Part shown: positions 54,892 through 63,868 of the stretch, piece by piece
How positions within the stretch are numbered: position 1 is the first letter of the stretch
How the letters are laid out: the number at the start of each line of letters is the position of its first letter
DNA from: a phage
DNA length: 64,000 nt
NCBI GenBank assembly: GCA_014685065.1
Contig: GCA_014685065.1_3930.1
Reading direction: 5' to 3' (one strand)
Program-made: the position numbers and the translations under genes
The notes under the pieces: model-generated
The model's database searches: none
What the model was told of the DNA's origin: nothing
Seen by the model: only the letters and a program-made list of their open reading frames with translations

Positions 54892-54968
54892 TGGAGGCGG
54901 GTGCAGGAGTCGAACCTGCCGATACCATGCTAATGAGACATGTGAGACGCCCTTTCTCTATACCCGCA
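54892..54968 (-). tRNA. tRNA with anticodon CAT (Met or Ile2), tentative
   Basis: Anticodon stem CATGT/GCATG, loop CTCATTA (position 37 is T, unusual); 1-72 mismatch in acceptor. Confidence 0.4.
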
Positions 54969-55059
54969 ATTCTTAATGACCAGACCAAATCTCTTCTTTG
55001 TCCGATTTACCTTCAGATGAATAAGATTAAGTTTGCTGTAATTGGTCTTCTGTCAAAAC

Positions 55060-55137
55060 TGGCGTTCCAGAAGGGATTTGAACCCTCAAATATCCACTTT
55101 GAAAGAGTGGTGACTTTACCATTTTGTCTACTGGAAC
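55060..55137 (-). tRNA. tRNA-Glu (anticodon TTC)
   Basis: Perfect acceptor GTTCCAG/CTGGAAC and anticodon stem CCACT/AGTGG, loop CTTTCAA. Confidence 0.6.
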
Positions 55138-55144
55138 ATTAATT

Positions 55145-55224
55145 TGGTCTCCGTTGAAGGATTTGAACCCTCGACCCCTTGCTCCCAAAGCAAGTGCTGC
55201 TAAACCAAACTGAGCTAAACGGAG
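55145..55224 (-). tRNA. tRNA-Pro (anticodon TGG)
   Basis: Perfect acceptor CTCCGTT/AACGGAG and anticodon stem CTTGC/GCAAG, loop TTTGGGA with G37. Confidence 0.6.
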
Positions 55225-55342
55225 ATAAACTTTTCAAACTCTATGTAACCACTTTAACATTATTTTTTAGTGGTTGTCAAGAACTTTTTTAAAATATTTT
55301 TCAGTATCTTAGAAAAGCTCTCATTTCGTTTCTATGTAGAAC

Positions 55343-55371
55343 ATATTAAAGGGTATCAAACACATTGTCAA
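55343..55371 (-). promoter_or_regulatory. sigma70-like promoter reading into the tRNA array
   Basis: On the minus strand: TTGACA - 17 nt - TAATAT; lies inside a GGGTAT...ATACCC hairpin just downstream of the vWA gene stop. Confidence 0.55.
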
Positions 55372-55389
55372 TACCCTTTTTAAAACTTT

Positions 55390-56805
55390 TTACCAGATGT
55401 AACGGTCAATCATTACTGCTTTGAGCATTACGCTGATTGGGTCAAACTTCTCACCACCAAGCAGAGCTTTTAAAGTGGCTGGAGAGAACCCTGATACCAT
55501 TGCTACACCATTATCCTTAACAGATACTTCGCAAGTACCATTACGGTTTGCTAAGTACCAGAATACCAGTTGTGGCATTTTGTATCCAGCTTTTTTGTAC
55601 TTACTACGAATCGCTTCAAAGTTTGTACGACCATTAGCTCCATCAACCTGATTGAACTCCATATCAGAGAAGATAATAAGCTTACTTGGCATATCTTTCT
55701 GAGTCAAGTTGTTTCTCTTACCTGTTTCAAGAATGCGGTCAAAAGCTGCTTGTAAGTTAGTTGAGCCATATTCAACGTGTCGCATCACCTGACGATGACG
55801 GTTTCGTAAATCACCACTCAGTTCGATGAAGTGAGGGTTTGTCGAATAAACCATCAACTCATTCTTAAAGCAACCTGTATTGCGTTCTGCTACATACAAG
55901 GCAAGTGATACACCAATATCCAGAGCAGTAATGGAGCCAAAATTCACCCAAGACATTGAACTTGATACATCAGACATACACAAGATGTTTTCACCTTCTG
56001 CCATCCAGTTTGGTAGTGCTTTCCACTGCTCATTAGCAACATCTGCATTACCATACTTGACAGATTTAATCACATCGTATGGGTAAACAGCACCAGCGTT
56101 AATCTTAGTCTCACCTTTTGATAAGGACTCGATGTAAGCTTTGTAACGCTCTCCATCTTTACGGTTAAACAGTTTTTGGTAACGTGCAGCAGCAAGTGAA
56201 GGAATCTTACTGTAGTCAATCTTACCAAACTCATTAGCAGAGATTTTTTGCTCAACTGTATCAGATAGTGCAGACAACAGTGTGCGATACTCTTTCTCAC
56301 TCAAGTTTGCAAACTTGCAGAAACGTTTTACAAACTGTTTGTGACGTGGTTTTACTCGTGGTAACCACTTAGCTGCTAAACCTGCTGTTGCAGGGTCTAG
56401 TAAAGCTGCTTCTAAATGTTTGAAGGCATCTGTCTCGAAACGAGTACCTACAAAGATTTTGAAGTCATCAAAGCGACCAAGCTCTGCAATCTTATCCATA
56501 ATGCGAAGAACCTGCGTAGGCTCTAAAACTTTATCTTCAATCGCTTGAAGTAAAACAGTTCGGAAAGCTTTACGCTCACCCATACCTTCTCGTACATCTC
56601 GCATATGCAGTAAAATACGAACTGCAACATCAACATCCTCATGCAAAGCTTTGTAGAACAAGTCTGGTAAGATTTCTACATTGCTACGGCTGGAACCAGC
56701 AGCTTTGTAAAAGTCCACAAGAGCAGACATTGATGAAGTATGGTTTACAGCACCATTTTCAGTTCGACCTGCATGAAGGTGCGCATGTTTAAATAATTCG
56801 CTCAT
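55390..56805 (-). CDS. von Willebrand factor A (vWA) domain protein, possibly Ro60/TROVE-like
   Basis: 471 aa; C-terminal region has a MIDAS-like DxSxS motif (MSDVSSSMS) and later LIIFSDMEF; N-terminal half is helical. Adjacent to the tRNA array. Confidence 0.5.
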   Translation of the reverse strand: MSELFKHAHLHAGRTENGAVNHTSSMSALVDFYKAAGSSRSNVEILPDLFYKALHEDVDVAVRILLHMRDVREGMGERKAFRTVLLQAIEDKVLEPTQVLRIMDKIAELGRFDDFKIFVGTRFETDAFKHLEAALLDPATAGLAAKWLPRVKPRHKQFVKRFCKFANLSEKEYRTLLSALSDTVEQKISANEFGKIDYSKIPSLAAARYQKLFNRKDGERYKAYIESLSKGETKINAGAVYPYDVIKSVKYGNADVANEQWKALPNWMAEGENILCMSDVSSSMSWVNFGSITALDIGVSLALYVAERNTGCFKNELMVYSTNPHFIELSGDLRNRHRQVMRHVEYGSTNLQAAFDRILETGKRNNLTQKDMPSKLIIFSDMEFNQVDGANGRTNFEAIRSKYKKAGYKMPQLVFWYLANRNGTCEVSVKDNGVAMVSGFSPATLKALLGGEKFDPISVMLKAVMIDRYIW

Positions 56806-56885
56806 ATTTTACTCTCTTCTCTCATTGTTGTTTGATGTGACAGACTTTAGAGCAACTTTATAGAGTCTGTCAACACCTTTTAAAA

Positions 56886-57257
56886 TTATTTTTTGAGGGT
56901 TGCAACAGCAGAGAACGTTGGTTTGTTATCTGTCTGAGACTGACCGCCGTTATCAGGGGTCTTCTTAGTGTCTGCTGCAATTGCTTTCATCTCACCTGCT
57001 GAGTGAGTCATGATAGTTTTACCGACCTCAATCATACTCTTGATGGTTACGTCATCTGTGTTTAACCCGAACTCTGCAAGCTTAGCCGCGTCCCTTGTAA
57101 CAATCGCCTCAAACAGCTTTGCAGCGAACTCAGCAGAATTATCAATGGTCAGTTGAGCTTTTACGAGTGAGCTTTTGTTACGAGAGCCTTTTGGTCTTCC
57201 AGATGGGTTTCCAGACTGGCCTTTTTTAAACTGGCCTTTGTTTGTTCTGTTTTTCAT
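56886..57257 (-). CDS. small basic protein with AT-hook-like GRP motif
   Basis: 123 aa; N-terminus KGQFKKGQSGNPSGRPKGSRNK. Confidence 0.45.
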   Translation of the reverse strand: MKNRTNKGQFKKGQSGNPSGRPKGSRNKSSLVKAQLTIDNSAEFAAKLFEAIVTRDAAKLAEFGLNTDDVTIKSMIEVGKTIMTHSAGEMKAIAADTKKTPDNGGQSQTDNKPTFSAVATLKK

Positions 57258-57384
57258 TGGTATGCCTCTTATAAGACCTCTTAAAAGGCTTTTAAGATAA
57301 AAGATAGATATCCAGAAAGATATCTGTTTAAATAGCCTTTTTAGAGGAACCTTTTAAGTTATCTTCTAAGTATTTATAAGCCTA

Positions 57385-57408
57385 CACCTTGTCAAGTACT
57401 TTGTCAAC
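57385..57408. promoter_or_regulatory. second copy of CACCTTGTCAAGT-N3-TTGTCAAC motif
   Basis: Near-identical to 15297-15320; sits in the divergent intergenic region between the 56886 (minus) and 57507 (plus) operons. Confidence 0.35.
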
Positions 57409-57506
57409 AACTTTTTTAACTTGCAATAGTTCTTGACTTGTTGTATGGATTACTGTACCATCTTACTTAAAGCTGTAGGTCTGCCTTGTTCTACAAAGGA
57501 GACTTA

Positions 57507-57668
57507 ATGAGAAAATCAAATAAACCGAAGAAAGGTAAGAATACCAATCACTGTAAGGAATCAAAAAGGGTAGAATTAATCTACTATTCGTCCTCTGAAA
57601 TTGGTCTGTACCTGTTCTTTCAAAATTACAGAAGACAAGAGGATTATCTATGTGTAGTTCCCAATTAG
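57507..57668 (+). CDS. hypothetical small basic protein
   Basis: Start set at ATG 57507 behind AAGGAGA; 53 aa. Confidence 0.4.
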   Translation: MRKSNKPKKGKNTNHCKESKRVELIYYSSSEIGLYLFFQNYRRQEDYLCVVPN

Positions 57669-57883
57669 AAATCGCAGATATTATAGATTTATATCAAACT
57701 GCAAAGAGTCATGGCTATATAACCTCAATTGGAAAGAATAGTCACTATGATGCTTTGACTGGAATGTATTTCAGGGCAATGGCTCAATCTAGTGAACAAC
57801 ACTTAATGGTTTCTTCCAGTGAGTTTACTTCGTTTCTCTATTGCAGCAAAATTATAAACCGCAGGAGAACTGAAAAATGTTAA
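57650..57883 (+). CDS. hypothetical protein
   Basis: 77 aa. Confidence 0.4.
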   Translation: MCSSQLEIADIIDLYQTAKSHGYITSIGKNSHYDALTGMYFRAMAQSSEQHLMVSSSEFTSFLYCSKIINRRRTEKC

Positions 57884-58467
57884 CAGTAAGTTTTAATTAC
57901 AATAGTGATGGCTCTGTATCAATTAATTCACCATATGCAAATGACCTGCTTAAAGAGCTAGTCAATCAGTGTGATAGAGGTCTTCACTATGTTCAAAATT
58001 CTTTTAAACAGAAGACTATTGCTAATAACTTGATGCGTGTAACAGTAACGGCATCGAATCAAAATTATGACTTTGATAGTGAAAGTCCGTACTCATTAGT
58101 TGCGCTTGGAGAGAGCAGCCAATTCAAACTTGTTTGCCACGACTCAGAAACATTCCTTAAGGTATTTTCCAACCTTATCCATAATAATAAGTACAGCTAC
58201 GTTGATGGTAGTGTAAATTTCTATCCAGCAAACTATACATGTTTGTTGGTTGATAATATGAGAAAAAGTAAGCAAGAGCCTACGGAAATTTCATTTGATG
58301 TGAACTCTAGTCCAGACGCAGAAACAAGTAAGAACTTTGATATGAGTTACGCATTGTCACTCAGTAAGAAATCCGAGTTCATTGATTATGTCAATGGATT
58401 TGGTTTTAAGTTTGATGAGAGTATGAATCTTAAAAAACTTAAGAACCTACTTAAGACCAAAGCTTAA
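57877..58467 (+). CDS. hypothetical protein
   Basis: 196 aa. Confidence 0.5.
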   Translation: MLTVSFNYNSDGSVSINSPYANDLLKELVNQCDRGLHYVQNSFKQKTIANNLMRVTVTASNQNYDFDSESPYSLVALGESSQFKLVCHDSETFLKVFSNLIHNNKYSYVDGSVNFYPANYTCLLVDNMRKSKQEPTEISFDVNSSPDAETSKNFDMSYALSLSKKSEFIDYVNGFGFKFDESMNLKKLKNLLKTKA

Positions 58468-58514
58468 GTGTGAATAGGGGCTGATGCCCCTTTAACTATT
58501 TATAAGGATATTTA

Positions 58515-58886
58515 ATGAAAGCTAAGAGTGCAAAAGACTTTTATTGCTTCCTACAATCCTATATCAATTCCGTGCAAAATGGTGAAAGATACAACCTTAA
58601 TGATGTTATCCCAACACCTTTGACATGGAGACTCAGTAAATGGCCTGAAGAAGACATTACACCAACAAGCAAACAACACACCTACAAACCTGAAATCAAT
58701 ATTCCAGACTCTGAGAACCTATTATATCCAATGTTCCATATTGTTGGTCTTGGGAGATTCCTTATGGATATTCAGTATGTAATTGGTAAAGGTTATAAGG
58801 TTAAAGGCATTGTTGTTGGTGATGTATCTCCACACCACAAAGGTTATTTTAGACTAAACGCACATTTAGAGGCTAAAAAGAAATGA
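58515..58886 (+). CDS. hypothetical protein, paralog of N-terminal domain of next gene
   Basis: 123 aa; shares KAKxxxDFxxFxxxxIxxVxxGxRY...W(P)EEDI...YKP...LLY...FxMDxQYxI with 58883-59767. Confidence 0.5.
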   Translation: MKAKSAKDFYCFLQSYINSVQNGERYNLNDVIPTPLTWRLSKWPEEDITPTSKQHTYKPEINIPDSENLLYPMFHIVGLGRFLMDIQYVIGKGYKVKGIVVGDVSPHHKGYFRLNAHLEAKKK

Positions 58887-59767
58887 TTAAAGCAAAGACT
58901 TACCCAGACTTTAAAGAGTTTGTGAAGGGCTTCATTGCAAACGTAAAGGCTGGTAAGAGATATGATTTTAGAACATATCAAGAGGCTATTTTACCACTTA
59001 CCTATAGTTCATATTGGCCTGAAGCTGATATTGCAGAAGTTGAGAAGTTTGACTATAAACCAGACTACAAAGTTCCATTTAGTGATGAATTGCTTTACAG
59101 TGTTGGTGCACAGATGAGAACTGCTGATTTCTTCATGGATTTGCAGTATGCAATCATCAATGGTAAAGATGTTGACACAATTTACTGTGAATGGTTGGCA
59201 AGAGTTAAGCCGTTCTCAATGTTGAATGCTAAGTTGAAAGATGTCATCACACCACCATCAATCACTCAGCAACCAACAAACCAAACAGTTAATGAGGGTG
59301 ATACACTCACTCTAAGTGTTCTCGCAACTAACGCCACTGGATATCAGTGGAAGAAGGATGATGAGGATATCTCAAGTGCCACTTCTGCAACTTACACAAA
59401 ACAGTCAGTAGCACCTTCTGATGCTGGCTCATACACTTGTGTTGTATCTGGAGAGGCTGGAACAAGTGTTACCTCAGATGCGGCAACAGTTACTGTGAAT
59501 GCACTTCCAGTAATCACTCAACAGCCAGCAAATCAAGAAATCACTGAAGGTGAGACCTTAACGCTGAATGTTGTGGCTACTGGTGCAACAGGTTATCAGT
59601 GGAAGAAAGGTGAGGAAGTCATCCCAGACGCAACTGCTGCAACTTACACCAAAGAAGGTGCAACCGCTGCTGATGCAGGAAGCTACACCTGTGTAGTTAC
59701 TGGTGCAGGTGGCTCTGTAACATCTAATGCAGCAACAGTTACTGTTAACCCAGCAGGGGAGGCATAA
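58883..59767 (+). CDS. protein with N-terminal paralogous domain and two C-terminal Ig-like repeats
   Basis: 294 aa; two tandem ~90-aa repeats with ITQQP..N...EG.TLTL.V.AT.ATGYQWKK......AT.ATYTK.....DAGSYTCVV.G..GSVTS.AATVTV. Confidence 0.55.
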   Translation: MIKAKTYPDFKEFVKGFIANVKAGKRYDFRTYQEAILPLTYSSYWPEADIAEVEKFDYKPDYKVPFSDELLYSVGAQMRTADFFMDLQYAIINGKDVDTIYCEWLARVKPFSMLNAKLKDVITPPSITQQPTNQTVNEGDTLTLSVLATNATGYQWKKDDEDISSATSATYTKQSVAPSDAGSYTCVVSGEAGTSVTSDAATVTVNALPVITQQPANQEITEGETLTLNVVATGATGYQWKKGEEVIPDATAATYTKEGATAADAGSYTCVVTGAGGSVTSNAATVTVNPAGEA

Positions 59768-60231
59768 TGCAACTCTCAAGAAAAGGTTTAGAAGCTATTA
59801 AGTTCTTTGAAGGTCTGAAGTTAGAGGCTTACGAAGACTCTGCCGGAATCCCAACAATCGGGTATGGTACAATCCGTATTGACGGAAAACCTGTTAAGAT
59901 GGGTATGAAAATTACTGCTGAACAAGCTGAACAGTATCTTCTTGCAGATGTTGAAAAATTCGTTGCAGCAGTGAATAAAGCCATCAAGGTTCCAACTTCT
60001 CAGAACGAGTTTGATGCACTTGTAAGTGAAACATACAACATTGGTATCACAGCTATGCAGGACTCTACATTTATCAAGCGCCACAACGCTGGTAATAAGG
60101 TAGGTTGTGCAGAAGCTATGCAGTGGTGGAACAAGGTTACAGTCAAAGGTCAGAAGGTCACTTCAAACGGCCTGAAAAACAGACGTAGAATGGAAGCTGA
60201 CATTTATCTTGACAGTGTATATCCAAAGTAA
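59767..60231 (+). CDS. endolysin, lysozyme/muramidase (GH24-like)
   Basis: 154 aa; N-terminal catalytic motif GLKLEAYEDSAGIPTIGYG typical of phage lysozymes. Confidence 0.85.
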   Translation: MQLSRKGLEAIKFFEGLKLEAYEDSAGIPTIGYGTIRIDGKPVKMGMKITAEQAEQYLLADVEKFVAAVNKAIKVPTSQNEFDALVSETYNIGITAMQDSTFIKRHNAGNKVGCAEAMQWWNKVTVKGQKVTSNGLKNRRRMEADIYLDSVYPK

Positions 60232-60241
60232 TATCTTCATA

Positions 60242-60266
60242 GGCTCCTTCGGGAGCCTTTTTTATT
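60242..60266 (+). terminator. rho-independent terminator after endolysin
   Basis: GGCTCC-ttcg-GGAGCC followed by TTTTTTATTTT. Confidence 0.65.
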
Positions 60267-60282
60267 TTCTAAGGAGAAAACT

Positions 60283-60681
60283 ATGAAACTTTGGGCTAGT
60301 GACTTTGGAACTTTTAAGTACACTCGTAATGGCTCGCTTGTACGCATTGTCGGAAACAATGTGGTTTCAAGAGGTGACAAGGTGTATACACGGTTTACTG
60401 TAGAGCTTGTTGAGCTGTCTCCTATTGAGTCTGTTAACAATGGTCTGTTCAAGTTTGAGACTTACAATGTCAATGAACATGGACAATTCAACCCTCTTGG
60501 TGAAAGTGGACTTGATATTATTTCAGAACACCCATTGACAAAAGAGCAACTTGCAGGTTACTATAAAACTGTTCTGGAAAGGCAGTTAGCAACACATGAA
60601 CAAGAAGCTAACTACCATCTACATCATTGCGAAACTTTAAGAGCAAAAATCGAACAAGCAGAGAGAGGTTTTTATGAATAA
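60283..60681 (+). CDS. hypothetical protein
   Basis: 132 aa; RBS AAGGAGA upstream. Confidence 0.5.
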   Translation: MKLWASDFGTFKYTRNGSLVRIVGNNVVSRGDKVYTRFTVELVELSPIESVNNGLFKFETYNVNEHGQFNPLGESGLDIISEHPLTKEQLAGYYKTVLERQLATHEQEANYHLHHCETLRAKIEQAERGFYE

Positions 60682-61072
60682 AGATGTTAGAGATATCCAA
60701 GTAAAAGTTGACACGTTTGGCCATGATGGTCGAGAAGATATAGGTTTTGCCGATGCAGTAATATACAAGTGCAACGGAGATTTATTCCTTCAGTTTACAG
60801 GGTCTGGAAGCACACTTCATCGAGTACGAGATGATGAAGATGGTTGTCCTGTATTTGGTTGGTTTGACAGGGAGTTCCCTCTTTACGCAATCCACTACCC
60901 AGATGGTGGAGAAGACTGGACAACCCAATCCATCTTTGATGAGCTTAATGGTGTTCCAGTTGAGCAAGAAGAGCAAGAGCCTGTTGAACTTACCTTCACT
61001 TTTATCAAAGAAGAGAAAGTAGGTGACTTGTCAGTAACTGAAGCAATTCAAGTCTCACAGGTGATTCGTTAA
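60674..61072 (+). CDS. hypothetical protein
   Basis: 132 aa. Confidence 0.5.
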   Translation: MNKDVRDIQVKVDTFGHDGREDIGFADAVIYKCNGDLFLQFTGSGSTLHRVRDDEDGCPVFGWFDREFPLYAIHYPDGGEDWTTQSIFDELNGVPVEQEEQEPVELTFTFIKEEKVGDLSVTEAIQVSQVIR

Positions 61073-61365
61073 TGAGTAAAGTGCAGGTTATTTTCCCTAT
61101 TTGTGACTTCTCACTAGAGCGTGAACTTGACCTGTACGAAGAGATTACTGACGAAATTATCTGGTCGGTTGTAGAAGAGGCTATCAAGAAACTGTATGGT
61201 GGCCTATTAAATCCATCAAGTAAAAAGCTCACTACTAAGCAAGTAGCTGATACGTACACTTCATATGATGCCTACAACAAGCCTTTTGAGAACACCTGCT
61301 TTGACCTTATGGTAGGTAATAATAAAGTCAACTATTTCTTCGTCAGAGAGTTTAACGATGAGTAA
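61072..61365 (+). CDS. hypothetical protein
   Basis: 97 aa. Confidence 0.45.
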   Translation: MSKVQVIFPICDFSLERELDLYEEITDEIIWSVVEEAIKKLYGGLLNPSSKKLTTKQVADTYTSYDAYNKPFENTCFDLMVGNNKVNYFFVREFNDE

Positions 61366-61702
61366 GCTCCACGTCATAGTGTACAAAAACTTCTCAGATA
61401 TCAAAGAGTCTTTAACAAATAAGCTTGACATGCAACGGAAAAGACTCTTTTTAATGTACGATATCGACAACTACGACCATCCTAAAGAGTTTAACTACAA
61501 AGATGGTACAAAGGTTGTTGAGTTTGAAGACTCTGTAACGGTGTATGTCAAGCATGACTTACCAGCAAAGTATATAGGGATGTTAGAGTACTACATATTC
61601 AAACATACTGGTATGCGTGGTGAATCTGTTAAGATATCTTCTATAGAAGTTTTTGAGAAACCTAACACACAACTTAAAAAGTATTTAATGAGGAAACTGT
61701 AA
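61358..61702 (+). CDS. hypothetical protein
   Basis: 114 aa. Confidence 0.45.
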   Translation: MSKLHVIVYKNFSDIKESLTNKLDMQRKRLFLMYDIDNYDHPKEFNYKDGTKVVEFEDSVTVYVKHDLPAKYIGMLEYYIFKHTGMRGESVKISSIEVFEKPNTQLKKYLMRKL

Positions 61703-62283
61703 TGTCCGAAGAGCAACAGAATATCACTCCACAAGTTACACTAGTCCAACACTTTGGAAACATTGAAGGGTGTGTTGCACTTTTTCAACCAAGTATCAAC
61801 TCTCCTGCAAAAGTTTGTAAGTTGACTATGAATATCAACAATATCAGTGTTTGTCTTGTTGATGAAGTTCAGTACTTCAAGTTCAATGACAGAGAAGTTG
61901 ATGCAGCTTTGTTGAAGTATCGTGCAAATCTCGAAAAAGACATTGACCACAAAGAGCTTGTAACACTGTTTGGTGACCTTCACAAGCTTCTTGAAAAGGT
62001 TATGAAACGAACATACTACATGAACAATGGTTCAATCATCACCACTTTGATTTCACCATGTATTTCAGAGCCAATTTTAACTGATGACGGTGGATACTAC
62101 GTGGTAGCATCAGCAGATTCTGATTGGTGGATGAAGAACACAGCACTTAAAACAGTGATTGAGGCTATCCGCGAACATATCCCTTCATTCAGCCCGTGGA
62201 AAGGTAAAAGTGATGATTTCATTGCACTGTTGAGTGAAGAGAGTAACAAGCGCAGTGCATTGCTGCCTAAAAAATACTCTTGA
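61702..62283 (+). CDS. hypothetical protein
   Basis: 193 aa. Confidence 0.5.
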   Translation: MSEEQQNITPQVTLVQHFGNIEGCVALFQPSINSPAKVCKLTMNINNISVCLVDEVQYFKFNDREVDAALLKYRANLEKDIDHKELVTLFGDLHKLLEKVMKRTYYMNNGSIITTLISPCISEPILTDDGGYYVVASADSDWWMKNTALKTVIEAIREHIPSFSPWKGKSDDFIALLSEESNKRSALLPKKYS

Positions 62284-62366
62284 CCAAGTATACAACACTT
62301 ATTATGATGGGAGCTATCGAGAGGTAGTTCCCTTTTTAGTTTCTAGATAAGAGACATGGTGAAAGA

Positions 62367-62585
62367 ATGAAAAAGTTAACTACAGTTGAAGATTACTACA
62401 AACTATCCCTGTTAGAGCAGTATCGCAGAAGCCAGAGTATCAGAAAATGCTATGGTAAAAACGCTGAAGGTGACTTTTACCGTTGCTATGATGCAGATTT
62501 AAATGGTGTAACACCTAGAGGGAAAGTCCTGCAAAGACTTGTTGACCTTGAGTGGAACAAAAGATTGAGAGGGGTTGGGAAATGA
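62367..62585 (+). CDS. hypothetical protein
   Basis: 72 aa. Confidence 0.4.
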   Translation: MKKLTTVEDYYKLSLLEQYRRSQSIRKCYGKNAEGDFYRCYDADLNGVTPRGKVLQRLVDLEWNKRLRGVGK

Positions 62586-63085
62586 TTTACGAAGAAAGAT
62601 ACAAGATAGATTTTCAGGATACTCGCCATCACACTTCTTTAAGAGTGACGAAACCAAATGGAGAGACTGGTATCATAGCACATTTCGGTGGTGATTATTG
62701 GTATGGTACAGGCTGCTTTGAAGGCTACACTCAAGAATACTTGAAAGCTTTCTACAGAGACTTTACAAATGACTACAACAGGGTTGTTGACGAAAAGAAT
62801 AAGTGCATTAAGCATGAACACCATGCCAGAGGTTGTTTAAGTACGGTAATGGTACTGGCATTTTTCCTAGCAACATTACTAGCTGTATCAACAATCAGTT
62901 CCATAGCTCAAGACTTAACCATTACACAGATTAATGCAAAGGTATATGATGTTTGGTACTTGTATGCTGTTCCTTTAGCTGGTATCATTATCTCACTACT
63001 AAGATTCAGAGTTCATAAGAAACGACTTAAGGACTCGGAGATTAAACTTGAAGAGGTAAGTAAAGAATGCAACCTACAATTATAG
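62583..63085 (+). CDS. hypothetical membrane protein
   Basis: Start set at ATG 62583; C-terminal region has two hydrophobic segments (VMVLAFFLATLLAVSTISSIA, YLYAVPLAGIIISLL). Confidence 0.45.
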
Positions 63086-63161
63086 CTGTATGTGTTCGTT
63101 TTGCAATCGCTGAAATGATTAACAAGGCAATCTTGAAAGATGCCTATGGAGAGACTAAGTA

Positions 63162-63386
63162 ATGATTAAGACACCTGTACCAATTTTTGGATTTCCTTCT
63201 ATTGAAGAGTTCAAAGTTTATCTTGACAAAAACTTCTACAATGAGCAACCTGTTACTCTGCTGAAGAGTGATTTATCAGAGCTTCTTGATATGGTTATCA
63301 AGGCAACTTCTGAGAAGGAACCTGAGCAGAAAGCTGAGAAGAAGACTAGTAAGAAATCCGATAAGAAGACTGAAAAGTCTGAGTAG
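63162..63386 (+). CDS. hypothetical protein
   Basis: 74 aa, Lys-rich C-terminus. Confidence 0.4.
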   Translation: MIKTPVPIFGFPSIEEFKVYLDKNFYNEQPVTLLKSDLSELLDMVIKATSEKEPEQKAEKKTSKKSDKKTEKSE

Positions 63387-63439
63387 TAGCTTGAGGGGTT
63401 ACTTGATAGCCCCTTTGTAGAAACTTAGAAGGTAGCGAA

Positions 63440-63868
63440 ATGAAAGAACTTATAGGTAAAGAGCTTGACGTTGTAGATGCAAAGACACAGAGGTATATAG
63501 CTACTGTTAAGTTTCTTGGAATGAATGATGCAAGTGATGATTACCCTCTCAACTGCATAGTTTTAGATAAGTTTAAGGTTTGTGGTATTAATTTTAATGA
63601 GGATAACTTTATAAGCTTTGATAAGGACGGTTTCTGGCGTGGTAAGAACCATCCTCAAGCAAATGAGTTTGATATGCGTCTAGTGATACCACAAAAAGGT
63701 AAATCACAAAATGTAAAAGATATCCTTGTAGAAGCCTATGCAGAAGGTATAATAGATGTTGTGCATGATGTTGAAAAAGCTTTAAAGCTTGTTATGCCAC
63801 ATTTAGAATCTGGAAAGCTGACTTTAGAGATGCTTAATAGGGTTATTCGGAGAGCTTATGAAAATTAA
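63440..63868 (+). CDS. hypothetical protein
   Basis: 142 aa. Confidence 0.45.
   Translation: MKELIGKELDVVDAKTQRYIATVKFLGMNDASDDYPLNCIVLDKFKVCGINFNEDNFISFDKDGFWRGKNHPQANEFDMRLVIPQKGKSQNVKDILVEAYAEGIIDVVHDVEKALKLVMPHLESGKLTLEMLNRVIRRAYEN

Noticed and set aside
54095-55142. Plus-strand ORFs of 79-85 aa (54095-54352, 54737-54976, 54891-55142)
   Set aside because: They run antisense across minus-strand tRNA genes and repeat elements; treated as chance ORFs.
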